A DNA stretch of 63,847 nucleotides, filler included, from Octopus bimaculoides (lineage: Eukaryota), in assembly GCF_001194135.2 (NCBI RefSeq). It is 5 parts of 5 records of this genome, joined end to end, with 100 filler letters (N's around TTAATTAATTAA, not from the genome) between each part and the next. Parts side by side here need not be neighbours in the genome. Positions count along the whole stretch, not along the records: positions 35,805 to 45,491 come from NC_068988.1; positions 45,592 to 61,452 come from NC_068983.1; 3 more parts are not named here. One strand, 5' to 3'. Within the stretch, counting starts at the first letter, position 1. Every line of letters starts with the position of its first letter. Of the stretch, positions 40,885 to 53,579 are shown in pieces. A program made the translations under genes and the position numbers. The notes below the pieces were generated by a model. It saw only the letters and a program-made list of their open reading frames with translations, was not told the origin of the DNA and ran no database searches.

Positions 40885-42289
40885 GATTAACGAAAGAAAC
40901 GAAAGAAAAAGAAATAAATGTAATGTGTGAGATGGGGCAAAAAGAAAGAGAAAAACTGAGGAGAAAAGACAAAGGTTGAGTGTGAGACAAGTGTAATGGA
41001 GTTAAAGGTCCGGAGTAGAGGAAGGTCGAAGAAAAGAAGTGGTAGAAAATAAGGGGGAGTGAAAGAGTGTGTGGAGGAGAGAGAGAAAATGTGTAAGACA
41101 GAAAATGAGAGAGACGTGGAAGAAGTCGTGGAAGAAACACGAGGTAGTGGGGTGGGGGGTGAGAGAAAGGCAAAAATGGTAGTTGAGTGAGGGGTGAAAG
41201 GAAAGGAAAAGAAGTTGAAATAGATTGGAACGAGAGGAAGAGAGATTAATGATTTGAAGAAGAGAGAAAGAAGAGAAAGAGAAAGAGAAAGAGGGGCGGA
41301 GAAGAGAGAGAGGGAGGGGAAAAGGGAGAAAAATTGAGAGAAACAGATAGAAAGAATGTGTGCTTGAATGAGTAACTTAGTGAGAAAGAAAGAGAGACAG
41401 AAAGAGAGGGAGAAAAAGAGATGAAGAGCAAAATAGAAACAGAATGAAGAGTGGTAGGAGAAGGAAGAAGGTTTTTAGGAGATATGAAAATATGTATTAA
41501 GGGAGTTATGAAAGAGAGAGATTATGAATAGAGGGGACGGTTTCAGGAGTTAGAAATATGGGGAGAAAATGATAGATAGGAAGAAAAGTGAAACTAGTAT
41601 TTGTTGTTAATGAATGGTCGAATACATTCCAGCTGTAACTCTCCAGTCTACTTCCTCAGACATAATGTCTCTTGTACTACCACGAAGAAAGATAAATCGC
41701 TTCGTTTAGAATCAGGCTGCTGCCATCCTATTCCGACAATATTCAGGTTTCAGATAGAAAATGACTACTGTTTTGCTCGAGATATTCTTGGTTTTGAGAT
41801 TAAAGTTACTTGACAATGAATTGTGTGTGCGATATTTTAAAATGTAAGATGCTGCTCTTGGATGATCAGCGATTAGTTTATTTTAAGACTTAAAATCTTT
41901 ATTTTCTTATTAGTAAACCTGAATGTTGTGTTGAATTTACTCCAGTATTTAATTTTATTGTTGGAGCGCATGTTGTGAGTTAATGGAATGTGCTGCCAAA
42001 TAGTGGTGGTTGGCTGATAAACACAATATTGTAGATAAATCATAGGCGTGTTAAAGTGCATATTGTGCATTATGCATACGCATTGAACAGGTTCAGCGTG
42101 AAAATTTAGTGTGCAACATTAGTGAGCAAACGGTGGGCCGACCAGGGGAATCTGTGTAACCATCGGAGCGTAAGTGGTATCTTCCTGTTGGACAGAAGAA
42201 ACTTTTCCTGGTGGATGCAGCTAGTGAAAATCTCAGTTCTGGATTGATTATTGGAGCTATGATTTCATTATATTGAGTGAGTAGGTAAG

Positions 42290-42760
42290 TAACACCTCTT
42301 GCTAACCAGTCAAGTGTTTCTCAGGATATCTCATAATTTTATTGAACAGCTGATCTAACTTTTCATGTGCGTACGGAAGCGATGAGGGCCAAACATTTAG
42401 CATCCCATCTTTACGGGAGGATTCCACTTATGAGTCTTCTTGAGCGTCATCGTTTCGTCTACTTTTGAGATCTTTTCCCAAGCTGGTTCTCGTAAATTTT
42501 GGTAAGATCCTTTCGTTGGTCTAATCCAACGTGCATTTCATTGTACGCCTTCTCATCACTCCATATTTTTCAATTTCTTTCATGGAAGGCAGCGTCTTCA
42601 ATGGTTATTTTCTTCTTCTTTATTTCTCTGTATAATGTTTTGGCATTAGAAACGAACAGCTTATACTTGTAAAAATTGCTTCCTTTCTCAAATAATCATC
42701 TTTTTTGAGCTTTTGCTTGGACGTTTGGTTTCAGTGTTTCTCTCGGATCTTCTTTTGTTG
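42290..42760 (-). mobile_element. R4/Dong-type RT N-terminal relic
   Basis: KIWSDEKAYNE, KWNPP.KDG, AHEKLDQLFNKI..YPE..DWLARGVTYLL. Confidence 0.65.
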
Positions 42761-42996
42761 AAAATCCATATTTTCTCTTCATCTCTCTTCCTTTTCTGGA
42801 TCTTACATCAATTCCACAGATTAGGTAATTTAATGCTTATGTTTTCCCATTCATTAATTTAATCTCTATTTTTTAATATAATAATAATAATGGTGTTTGC
42901 GTGTTGAGTATCGTCCACGATACCTAACATCTATTACCAATTAGAAAATTACTATTTGTAAACAAGAGATATTCAGCAACAGTACTTTGGAGTAAG

Positions 42997-43416
42997 GATT
43001 GTTTGCCAACATAACATAGCAGTCTTGGTTTAGGACGAATGTTGCTGTAATTAAGCCCCAGGAGACATCGTCTTCAGCTGGCTATACGACGCGATCTGTG
43101 TCCTTATATTTACGAACAAGGGAATCTAGTACCCCCACTCAGCTCAAAACAAAATCTGTGTATCGCGATTTCCAGGTTATTTCTCTTCATCAGCACCTCT
43201 AGCCGAACAATTATTCTGTGCTGATGAAGGGAAATAACCCGGAAATCATGATACACAGATATTGTTTTGAGCTGAGTGGGGGTACTAGATTCCCTTGTTC
43301 GAAAATATAAGGACACAGATCGTGTCGTATAGCTAGCTGAAGACGATTCCCCTGGGGCTAAATTACAGCAACATTCGTCCTAAACCAGGACTGCCATGTT
43401 ATGTTGGCAAACAATC
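42997..43416. mobile_element. 420-bp palindromic element (about 200-bp inverted arms, 21-nt spacer)
   Basis: 42997-43196 is the reverse complement of 43218-43416 with scattered mismatches. Confidence 0.95.
43215..43259 (+). ncRNA. Putative minimal type I hammerhead ribozyme
   Basis: Stem I TCTGTG/CACAGA (6 bp), core CTGATGA, stem II GGG/CCC with loop AAATAA (extra A and G at its base), GAAA, short palindromic stem III TCATGA, NUH triplet ATA. Confidence 0.7.
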
Positions 43417-43869
43417 TTTAATCTATTACCAAGTCTTATAATTCGTGGAAAGAGACCCTAAAAGACCATGTGAGACTTTTCACAGCAAATTACAGTCTGC
43501 TCTCACAGAATTAGCCGACACAAGTAAGATTGAGAGCTTCGAGAAGTAAAATAAAATTAAAATAATATTTTGAATTCATTTTTATCCACCTCTCAGAGAT
43601 TTTCTTGTTCTACAATGAAATTGTTACTGTTCTGTTATTGAGTGGTTGTCATAAAGAAAGTTAGCTTACAAGTCCCGCTAGATTTCAAGTGTTAATGTCG
43701 ATAAATTGTCCAACGGAAATATGATTATACCACGCTGAATCCGATACTGAAATCTGTTGAAAAAAAGAAATGTTGTTATGTTGCTTCGGTTTTTACAATA
43801 TTTTGTTTTGTGTAGACATCAGACAACAGTACTCAAAGCGGGTGGCAAAGAAGGTGGAGAAGGAGGCTA

Positions 43870-44331
43870 ATAGTCGGAGCGTCTCTAAACCGAGAAGGCC
43901 ATGTCACTGCTTTTGTTTACGTGGGTGCTCCAACTTAAGCAGTTGCTGATAGTTATTCCGAGGTCCCAAGTGGTGTTTGATGCCACGAAATTTTCGCATG
44001 AGAGACGAGTGTATGGTAACTTAAATACAGCCTCATTAGCGAAGTGGCTTAGTTCAGATTTATTCTCGTTTAGCTGCATATCGTTTTTGCGCTCATTGGA
44101 TAACAGCGAGCAGATCCTATAGGAGGTTAGTGTGGCCCCCTACCCTGTCGACATCCTCCAGAAGCTTAGACTTATCCTCGGCGAAATTTCTAAAGTTGCA
44201 GTGTTTGAAGACTTCAAGGAAGTCATTGATGTAAATAGGGAAGAGAAGTGGGTCCAATACAATGCCTTGTGAAATTCCACTGATGACGCTTGTCGACCTT
44301 GACCGAACACCATCTATCACCAACAGTTTCA

Positions 44332-44335
<4 letters not shown>
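43870..44335 (-). mobile_element. CR1-type LINE RT fragment
   Basis: SGISQGIVLDPLLFPIYINDF..FAED (cf. SGVPQGSVLGPLLF.IYINDL..FADD) and DLGITISNCLSWSTHV. Confidence 0.85.
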
Positions 44336-44371
<36 letters not shown>

Positions 44372-45139
44372 CTTCTCACGGACGTGCTGTCACATCGGCT
44401 GCGAAGGTAAACGTTTATTTGACCTTTTACTGTCCACATTTTGTTGGAATTTTTTAATAATTTTGTTGCGAAGCACCTAGGCTTCATTTGTGTGTATTTT
44501 CAAGGGCAGGAATTGACCCCCAGGGGCAGTTTCGGCCCTAGCAAAATACAAAAATTTCCTTCTTGACATTTGAAAAATGTCGAGAAACATAATTTTGGAA
44601 CGCNNNNNNNNNNTATATATATATATATATGCATGTATGTATATGTATGCAACGAAAAGAAGAAGACAAAGAAAATTCATTAACACATCTTTAATTATAA
44701 GTTACAAATGTTTCCGTAGCATCTGTATTTGCAGCGCCAATTTACGCAAAATTCTAAATGAAAAATCACGTAATATTTGCGGTTTTAGACATTAGGCAAA
44801 CTCTTCATGCGACTTGCATGAGAGGTGTGCTATTACATTGTGCGCCCTTCAGAAGTTGTTATCAGGAAAATTTGAAGACGGAAATAAAAAGGAAAAATCA
44901 AAAGTGTGGGTGCGGGTTGAGTATGTGGGGTAGATTTTATGTGTATGTGTGTATGTGGGGGGGGGGGATAAAGAGGGTGGATACGTATANNNNNNNNNNT
45001 AGATTTTATGTGTATGTGTGTATGTGGGGGGGGGGGATAAAGAGGGTGGATACGTATAATGAAAGGAGAGAGAAAAAGTAGGGAGAGGAAAACGATCAGA
45101 AGAAGACGAAAGTGAAGTAGAAGGGGAGGAGAAGTAGAA

Positions 45140-45440
45140 TAAGAAGGGAAATAATCGTTCTCTTTTTGCCGAACCACTAAGTTACGGAGACGTAAACACA
45201 TCAGCATCGGTTGTCAAGTGATGGTGGGGATGACAAATGCAGATATACAAACATACACACACACATATATACATATATAAATATAAGTTTCCGTCTACCA
45301 GATCCACTCACAGGGCATTGGTTGGCCCGAGGCTCTAGTAGAAAACACTTGCCCAAGATGCGAGGCAGTGGGACAGAACTCAGGCCCCTGTGGTTGGGAA
45401 GTAAGCTTCTCACCACACAGCTACTCCTGCGCCTATATAT
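45140..45440 (-). mobile_element. SINE family B
   Basis: CATCGGTTGTCAAG, GTTTCCGTCTACCAGATCCACTCAC, CACTTGCCCAAG, CTTCTCACCACACAGC. Confidence 0.85.
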
Positions 45441-45443
45441 ATG

Positions 45444-45491
<48 letters not shown>

Positions 45492-46569
45492 NNNNNNNNN
45501 NNNNNNNNNNNNNNNNNNNNNNNNNNNNNNNNNNNTTAATTAATTAANNNNNNNNNNNNNNNNNNNNNNNNNNNNNNNNNNNNNNNNNNNNGAAAAAGTC
45601 TTTAACGTTTCGAGCTTACACTCTTCCACAAAAAGGAACGCAGAAAGAAATAGGGAGAGAAACAAGGAGAGAAAAAAATGTGTGTAGTGGTTAGCGATCA
45701 TACACATACACACACATGCACACACACACACACACGCACACATACGCACACACACACGCACACATACACACACACACGCACATATATATACATATATATA
45801 TATATATATATTTGAAGTTGTAACCGGTTTCACAATTTATACTGATTTTCAAAATGTTCAAATAGAAAGATGTTGCTATGTCGCAGGTGTCTTGCTTCTG
45901 ACTATTATTTAAAGCCGGCCCTATTTTTATAGGTAGTTCATGGCTCATAAAAATGTATGTGTAGGAATGTACACGCATGTGTATGGATGTGTGTGTCTAT
46001 ATATATATATATATGGGTGTATGGATATATATANNNNNNNNNNTGTCTATATATATATATATATGGGTGTATGGATATATATATATATATATATACACAT
46101 AGGTATATGTGTATTGGTATATATGCAATTTAGTGTACGTGTACTTATTTCTATATCAGTGTGTATGTATGTTTACATATTTATATGTAAATCTATGTAC
46201 GTCTGTGTAAACTAATTATATTATGTTATTTGCGAATATCCAATGTATATTAATTGAAGACTCTCCTGCATTACTAAAGGGGAGTAAGGGAAAGGAGGGG
46301 AGGGAGGACTTCCTGAAAAGTCCGAAGAGGGCGGATAAGGACTTCCTGGAAACTTACAAGGAGGGGGAGGAAGGGAAGGAAAGATTACCTGGAAATGTTC
46401 GAGAAGGGGTTAGTTCCTGGAAAATTCCAAGGAGGGGTGGAATGGGAGGAAGGTGAGGAAGATGACGAAGAAGCGGAGGAGGAAGAAGGGGAGGAAAGGG
46501 AGGAGGGAAGGAAGGACTTTCCGGAAGAGTCCGAGGAGGGCTGAGAACTTTCTGGAAAATTCCAAGGAG

Positions 46570-47057
46570 GGGTGAGTGTTCAACTGAAAGACAAAGTCAA
46601 CCTCGGTGGAATTTGAACTCAGAACGTAAAGGCCAGTATTTTCTGGAGAGAGGGACAGTCGATCACATCAACCCCAGTACTCAACAAGTACTCAATTTAT
46701 CAACCCCGAAAGATAAAAAGCAAAGTCGAACTCGGCGGAATTTGAACTCAGCGTAGAAGCAGACGAAATACCGCTAAGCATTTCGCAAAGCGAGCTAGCG
46801 ATTCAGCCAGCTTGCTGCCTTAATGACAAAAATAACAATGATAATGGTTTCAAATTTTTCCACAAGAGCGGGCATTTGGGTGGAGGAGATGATTCGATTA
46901 CATCAACCGCAGTATTCAGCTGGTACTTATTTCATCGACTCCGAAAGGATGAAAGGCAAAGTTGACCTCGGCAATATTTGAACACAGAATGTAGCAACGG
47001 GCGAAATACCAGTAAGCATTTCATCCAGCGTGCTAATGTCTTTGCCAGCTCGATGCC

Positions 47058-47116
<59 letters not shown>

Positions 47117-47985
47117 AAGAAGAAGAAGAAGAAGAAGAAGAAGAAGAAGAAGAAGAAGAAGAAGAAGAAGAAGAAGGAGAAGAAGAAGAAGAAGAAGAAG
47201 AAGAAGAAGACGAAGAAGAAGAAGAAGAAGAAGAAGAAGAAGAAGAAGAAGCTGATGATGATTATGAAGAATTTTCGAAGCAAAGAATTCTCAAATAATT
47301 TTCGATGATGCAGAAATTTTAAAAAGTGACCTAGAAATTAATGTCAGGATTTACCAAAGCCATTCCGTTAGAAATAAAACAATTAGATCCGAATCTTCTT
47401 GAAAAGATTTTAGCCAACAGAAGAAACAAAACTAGAGAGGAAAAAGAAGAATCAAAGAACAGAGTTCAAAGTTCGAAAGAATTTAAGGATTAAGTTCAGA
47501 TTTGGTTTAATCTTAGTCTGTTATATTGATAGATTTCAAATGTTGGCACAAGGCCAGCAAGTTCGGAGAAGGGAGTAATCGATTTCATCGACACCAGTAT
47601 TCAACTGGTACTTATTTTATTGACCCCCCCCCCCCAAAAAAGCAAAGTCGGCCTCGGCGGAATTTGAACTCAGAATGTAAAGACGGACGAAATGCCGCTA
47701 AGCATTTGCCCAGCTTGCTAACGATTCGGCCAGCTCGCTGCCTTATAGTCTGTTAATATTGATTTCAAATTTTGGCACAAGGTTAGCAAGTTCGAAAATG
47801 TGATGAGTCGTTTACATCGACCTCAGTATTTAACTGGTATTTATTTTATTGACTCCAAAAGGATGGAAGGCAAAGTCGACCTCGCCTGGAATTTGTTCTC
47901 GGAACGAAGCGACAGACGAAACGCCGCTGAGCATTTTGCCTGACATGCTAAAAATTCTGCCAGCTCGCCACCTTGGAGTCTATTA
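46570..47985 (-). mobile_element. Cluster of at least four SINE family A copies around an (AAT)n(AAG)n array
   Basis: Copies at about 46570-46820, 46840-47058, 47530-47745 and 47758-47985 (GGCAAAGTCGACCTCGGCGGAATTTGAACTCAGAA). Confidence 0.85.
47059..47250. repeat. (AAT)n followed by (AAG)n microsatellite
   Basis: Directly visible; source of the poly-K and poly-F ORFs. Confidence 0.95.
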
Positions 47986-48456
47986 ATGTTAAAGTGTGTA
48001 ATGTTTCAAACGACGACGACGACGGTACAGCTACAAACAAAGACACAAATATAATACAGGCCTGAACAACTCGCATTTGCACGAAGGGAAACCTATACTC
48101 TCTTCGCAAGCACATGATTCCAAATTCGATTTCACAGTATGACAGCTTGAGTACGAATGTTCAAGCATAGTTTCGGGTCAACCTGAGCCTTGTGAGTTAT
48201 GTTTAGGGACAGAAACGTATGGAGGCCTGGCAAATAGACTATCAATGCTTCCATTGGATGAAAGACGTAGACTGTCGCCTCCTTTAACGCTGCCTCAATG
48301 CATTTGTCGGAATCCAATCTGTTGCAAGAATATGGGGCAGGATATTTTTTCTCCCTAACTCTAACCAATCACGGACGCCATATTGAAGGGTCATTGTGAC
48401 TTTCACACAACTCAACACAAACACGCACGCACACACACACAGACAAACACACATAC

Positions 48457-48491
<35 letters not shown>

Positions 48492-49296
48492 NNNNNNNNN
48501 NNNNNNNNNNNNNNNNNNNNNNNNNNNNNNNNNNNNNNNNNNNNNNNNNNNNNNNNNNNNNNNNNNNNNNNNNNNNNNNNNNNNNNNNNNNNNNNNNNNN
48601 NNNNNNNNNNNNNNNNNNNNNNNNNNNNNNNNNNNNNNNNNNNNNNNNNNNNNNNNNNNNNNNNNNNNNNNNNNNNNNNNNNNNNNNNNNNNNNNNNNNN
48701 NNNNNNNNNNNNNNNNNNNNNNNNNNNNNNNNNNNNNNNNNNNNNNNNNNNNNNNNNNNNNNNNNNNNNNNNNNNNNNNNNNNNNNNNNNNNNNNNNNNN
48801 NNNNNNNNNNNNNNNNNNNNNNNNNNNNNNNNNNNNNNNNNNNNNNNNGAATCTATTCCCTTACAGTAGAGATAATGCTTCTTTCGATACCGTGTTGTTG
48901 CATATTGTTATTTTTTTGTTTTGTTTTGTTTGTTTGTGTTTTTTTTTCCGTAACACGAATACAATATACACTGACTAAAACTACTTGTTTATTTATGAAA
49001 TTCGATCTCCGCCAAGTCTGAAAACTTTACCGTTTTACAAATTGTACAACTTCGCATGTTCGTTATTGCTTTTATAGATGAAACGAAATTGGTTCAGGTT
49101 GCCATAGACCTTATCATAAAGAAAATATTTAATATCTACTTAGATGCATTGAAACCTCTAACAGAAATAGTATATATATATATATATATATAATCCAAAT
49201 AACGGAATAAGAACGTAACAGACGACAATACATACATACATACATACATACATACATACATACATACATACACATATATACATACATACACACGCA

Positions 49297-49330
<34 letters not shown>

Positions 49331-49474
49331 CATACATACACATACATGCGCGTACACATAAATCCACCAATGCGCGTGTTTTGATTTTATTAAAACTTAT
49401 ATGTTACATGTGTTACATATACTGAATGTATCATATATATATTTTTATTTATATATATATATACTTATGTATCT

Positions 49475-49505
<31 letters not shown>

Positions 49506-49939
49506 NNNNNNNNNNATATACACGCACACGCATACATACATACATACATACATACATACATACATACATACATACATACATACAGAAAACTATTCCAAGA
49601 GGGCCGTGATATGATCTGAAAGGAATGTTAATCTGTATATCCATGGACCATTAAATATTCATTAAGAAATTCTAATGCTAGTATGGAAGCTGAGAATCAC
49701 TTAGCTGCAATTTTTTTTCTTCCTTACAATGACCTACCACTGCACTTTTCATTCAATACCTATGAGCCAATGAGGCAGCCTGGTTATGTCATCTAGGCCC
49801 GCTAGAAATAACAGCTAAAATTCTCGTAAATAAAAGCGTCGTTTTGAACGATGCACATTCGATAACGCTCTTTGGCTCATAATATTACAGGGAAAAGAAA
49901 ACATGTGAGTGTCACGGCTTGGTTGATTTTGATCATCTT

Positions 49940-50640
49940 CTGCTTATAGGCACAAGACAAGGAATTTTAATGGAGGGGTTATTCGATTCCGTTGGCCTCA
50001 GGATTTGGGTGGGGATACTTTATTATATCAATCCCAGAGAGAAGAAAGGAAAGTTGACCTCGGTGAAATTTGAACTCAGAACGTAAAGAGTTAGAAGAAA
50101 TATAAGGATATTAGTCCACCGATCAAGCGATACTGCTAAACCCGGGGTTATTTTTCTTTTCTTTTTCTTATTTAGACACAAATCCACCAATTTTAAAAGT
50201 ATATGGTCAATCGATACCATCATCTCCAGTATATGGCTGGTACTTCCACGGCAAGAATATTGCTTTGAAATATAGGCACAAGACCAGCAATTTCAGAAGA
50301 TTACACTGACTCCAGTAATCAACTGGTACTAATTTTATCGACCCCGGAAGGATGAAAGGCATAGTCAACCTCGGCAGAATTTGAACTCAGAATGTAAAGA
50401 CGGACAAAATACCTATTTCTTTACTGCCCACAAGGGGCTACACACAGAGGGGTCAAACAAGGACAGACAAACGGATTAAGTCGATAATATCGACCCCAGT
50501 GCGTAACTGGTACTTATTTAATCGACCCCGAAAGGATGAAAGGCAAAGTCGACGTCGTCGGAATTTGAACTCAGAACGTAGCGGCAGACGAGATACCGCT
50601 AAGCGTTTTGTCTGGCGTGCTAACGATTCTCGCCGCCCTG
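49940..50640 (-). mobile_element. Nested or tandem SINE family A copies
   Basis: Three AATTTGAACTCAGAA heads at about 50068, 50379 and 50562. Confidence 0.8.
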
Positions 50641-52185
50641 TAAAAAGATAGAGGATAAAAATACTTCCTAAGTCATGCAGACTCATAGAGTCTATTTTCC
50701 GGTTTCCGTGATGCACTATTTTAGACTTCGCGGAGCCCATACTTCTCCACGTCTGATCCCAGCTGATTTCTTTCAGTTGGAGAAAAAAGAAGAATCGGCA
50801 CCAGTACAGGACTGCTGCTTTATTTATCGACTCCAAAGGGATGAACGGGAAAGCCGACCATGACGGATTTGGGCTCAAAATCCAGGAACGATTACCGCAA
50901 ACAATCTCTCCGACGTTCTAACAAATCTGCGGATTGGCCACCCAAGTCACATATTTATAGCAAGGTGTACACCACTAAAGGCAGACAAAGGACTGGTATT
51001 GCCGTTAAACCCGAAGATGAATATAATTTATCAGCCATGATCAGGTACAGCCAATCAGACTGGCTTTTGTACAGTTTTTGTTTGCTCAATATTGATCGCT
51101 TAGTTCGGGTCAACTCGAATCTACGGTAAAAGACACGATAATCACATAAAAAGAAAAGAAAAACGGATGAAATCTCAACGTGTTTATTAGTTTATCATAG
51201 ATCAGCTCAATGAGAGCAATTAAACAATGTTAAAAGAATACAGCAATATCAAAACCAAATATAACTACATTCTTAAAAAAGAATACCTGAGTAATTTTAA
51301 CTACTCTTTTTTCTCTTCTTTTTTTTTCTTTCTTAACTAAAGAGGAAAGGTATCACCAATGACCTTTCACTAGGTCCTCGACCCTGATAGAGGGACAGAG
51401 AAGTAATCATCTCAAATCCTGAGGGAATTGCTAAAAATTGAAATCTGTTAAAGGCACCCGAGTTGTCAAGTGGTGATGTTAAACCAGATGATTCATTGAG
51501 TTTAACACCCAAATAAGTCGTGGCGGGATTTGTACTCAGAACGCAACGAATGGAAATACCACGAGGCAATACCGACTCAGACAAAGTGACAAAAATGAAA
51601 AGAAACGGCTTTTCTGATAATTCTTCCACTTTAATAGTTAGATGTTTATAAATTATTAGGTGTTTATAAATCGTGACGCTGTTATGAGTTTCTCGCTTTT
51701 TCAAACTGTTTTCAAACTGATATTTTAGTTTGTTATCCACTGTGTAGGTAGATCTGTCGAACTACGGACACACACACACACACATACACACAAACACACA
51801 CAAACACACACACACACATATACACACACACATACACACACACATACACACACACACATATATGCATAGACATGGACATACATACAGATACACTAACACA
51901 TATACATACATCCATGAACATATACTCATATATACACACACATACGTACATTTACATACATACATGGGTGTATATCAAAAAAGAAGAAAGGAGAATGAAG
52001 TAGATCAACAATAAAAAGTATATATTTGTAGATTGGTTACTTTCAGGTTGAAACGGTACTATATAGTCCCTGCTAAATAGAAACATACATACCGACTTGT
52101 CCACGTATAGTCACACATTTATACATATATTGAATATACACACATAGTACACACACACATAGACCCACATATGTACATTTATCTA

Positions 52186-52256
<71 letters not shown>

Positions 52257-52648
52257 GTGCATGTGTACATATACACAGACGTACATACACACATATACAT
52301 ACTTTTCCATTTAGTATACCCAGTAAAGAAATAGAAACAGAGAAATGGAATGAACAGACACAAAACTCTTCTAGAAATAGCAATTTACGTCGTGTCATCT
52401 TAAAAAAAAAATTAAACACATATTTGATACCTGAATATAAGCTGAGGATGGTCACGTCTCGAACATTTTGATCATGCATGTGTCTGCTAATTTAGATCTG
52501 ACCTGGAGCTAAACAGCGGCAACAACAAAACAACACTTTCATTATTTGAATATTCGATTTAACGTGGTCCAGCCTCTTGATTAAATTTATTTTTATGATC
52601 TTAACCGTTCATGTATAGTTTCTTACTATTTACGTGTATGTATGTATG

Positions 52649-52680
<32 letters not shown>

Positions 52681-52739
52681 CATGCATGTATGTATGTATG
52701 TATGTATGTATGTATGTATTTATGTGTGTATGTATGTAT

Positions 52740-53440
52740 GTGTGTCATTATTCAGTTTTATTTCAAGATTTCTTGCCAATAGAGAAAGGGCTGGTTTCTA
52801 ACCTAGATCCAAGCCTCCTTCATTGGAATTTCAACATCATCAATAGGGTATCCTTGTATGTATGTATGTATATGAACATATTTGTACGTATGTATGTATG
52901 TATATGTACAGATTTGTATGTTTTGTTTTATGTATGTATTCTCATGCATATACTTGCATATCGAGACATATTCATGTATGCTTAAATGATAAACTTCTGG
53001 AAAGTTTTACAGATTTCCACAGTTCCAGTGAAGGTGTGAATTTGTAGTCTTTGAATCAGCTTTCTCCTTTCTGGTTGTGAGAAGCCTAACTTCTCAAGAT
53101 TGGTATTTAGGCAGTGCCTATATATCCCAGTGCTCCCAAAATTACCGATATAAACCTGAACTTTTATGTATGTATGTATGTATGTATATGTGCAGATTTG
53201 TATATTTTGCTCTANNNNNNNNNNGATTGGTATTTAGGCAGTGCCTATATATCCCAGTGCTCCCAAAATTACCGGTATAAACCTGAACTTTTATGTATGT
53301 ATGTATGTATGTATGTATGTATGTATGTATGTATGTATATGTGCAGATTTGTATATTTTGCTCTATGTATGTACTCTCATGCATATAGTTGCATATCTAG
53401 ACATGTTCATATATATTTAAATGCTAAACTTCAGGAAATG
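52740..53440 (-). mobile_element. R4/Dong-type 3' end (ORF terminus plus 3'UTR) with (ACAT)n tail
   Basis: Near-identical to 6870-7190 (GATTTCTTGCCAATAGAGAAAG..AGATCCAAG.CTCCTTCATTGGAA; CTGGAAAGTTTTACAGAT). Confidence 0.8.
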
Positions 53441-53579
53441 TATGTATGTATGTGTGTGTGTGTATGTGTGTGTATGTACTTGTAATTTTTGGACTAATGG
53501 GTATATGTTATTTAGTGTGTTGAATAAAGCACGTTCACAGTTTGGGCTTCTTCATGAATTCCACAGTGTTAGTTGAAAC

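Noticed and set aside
44930-45058. Direct duplications across short N gaps (also 46000-46075, 53095-53360, and 21120-21180 versus 22111-22160)
   Set aside because: The same sequence on both sides of a gap is typical of unmerged contig overlaps or haplotypes.
50961-51044. 84-nt symmetric exon-like segment (KVYTTKGRQRTGIAVKPEDEYNLSAMI) with good splice signals
   Set aside because: A one-base shift gives LKADKG-TGIAV...EY, resembling the Penelope RT KADKG motif. More likely a PLE relic, though exonisation is not excluded.
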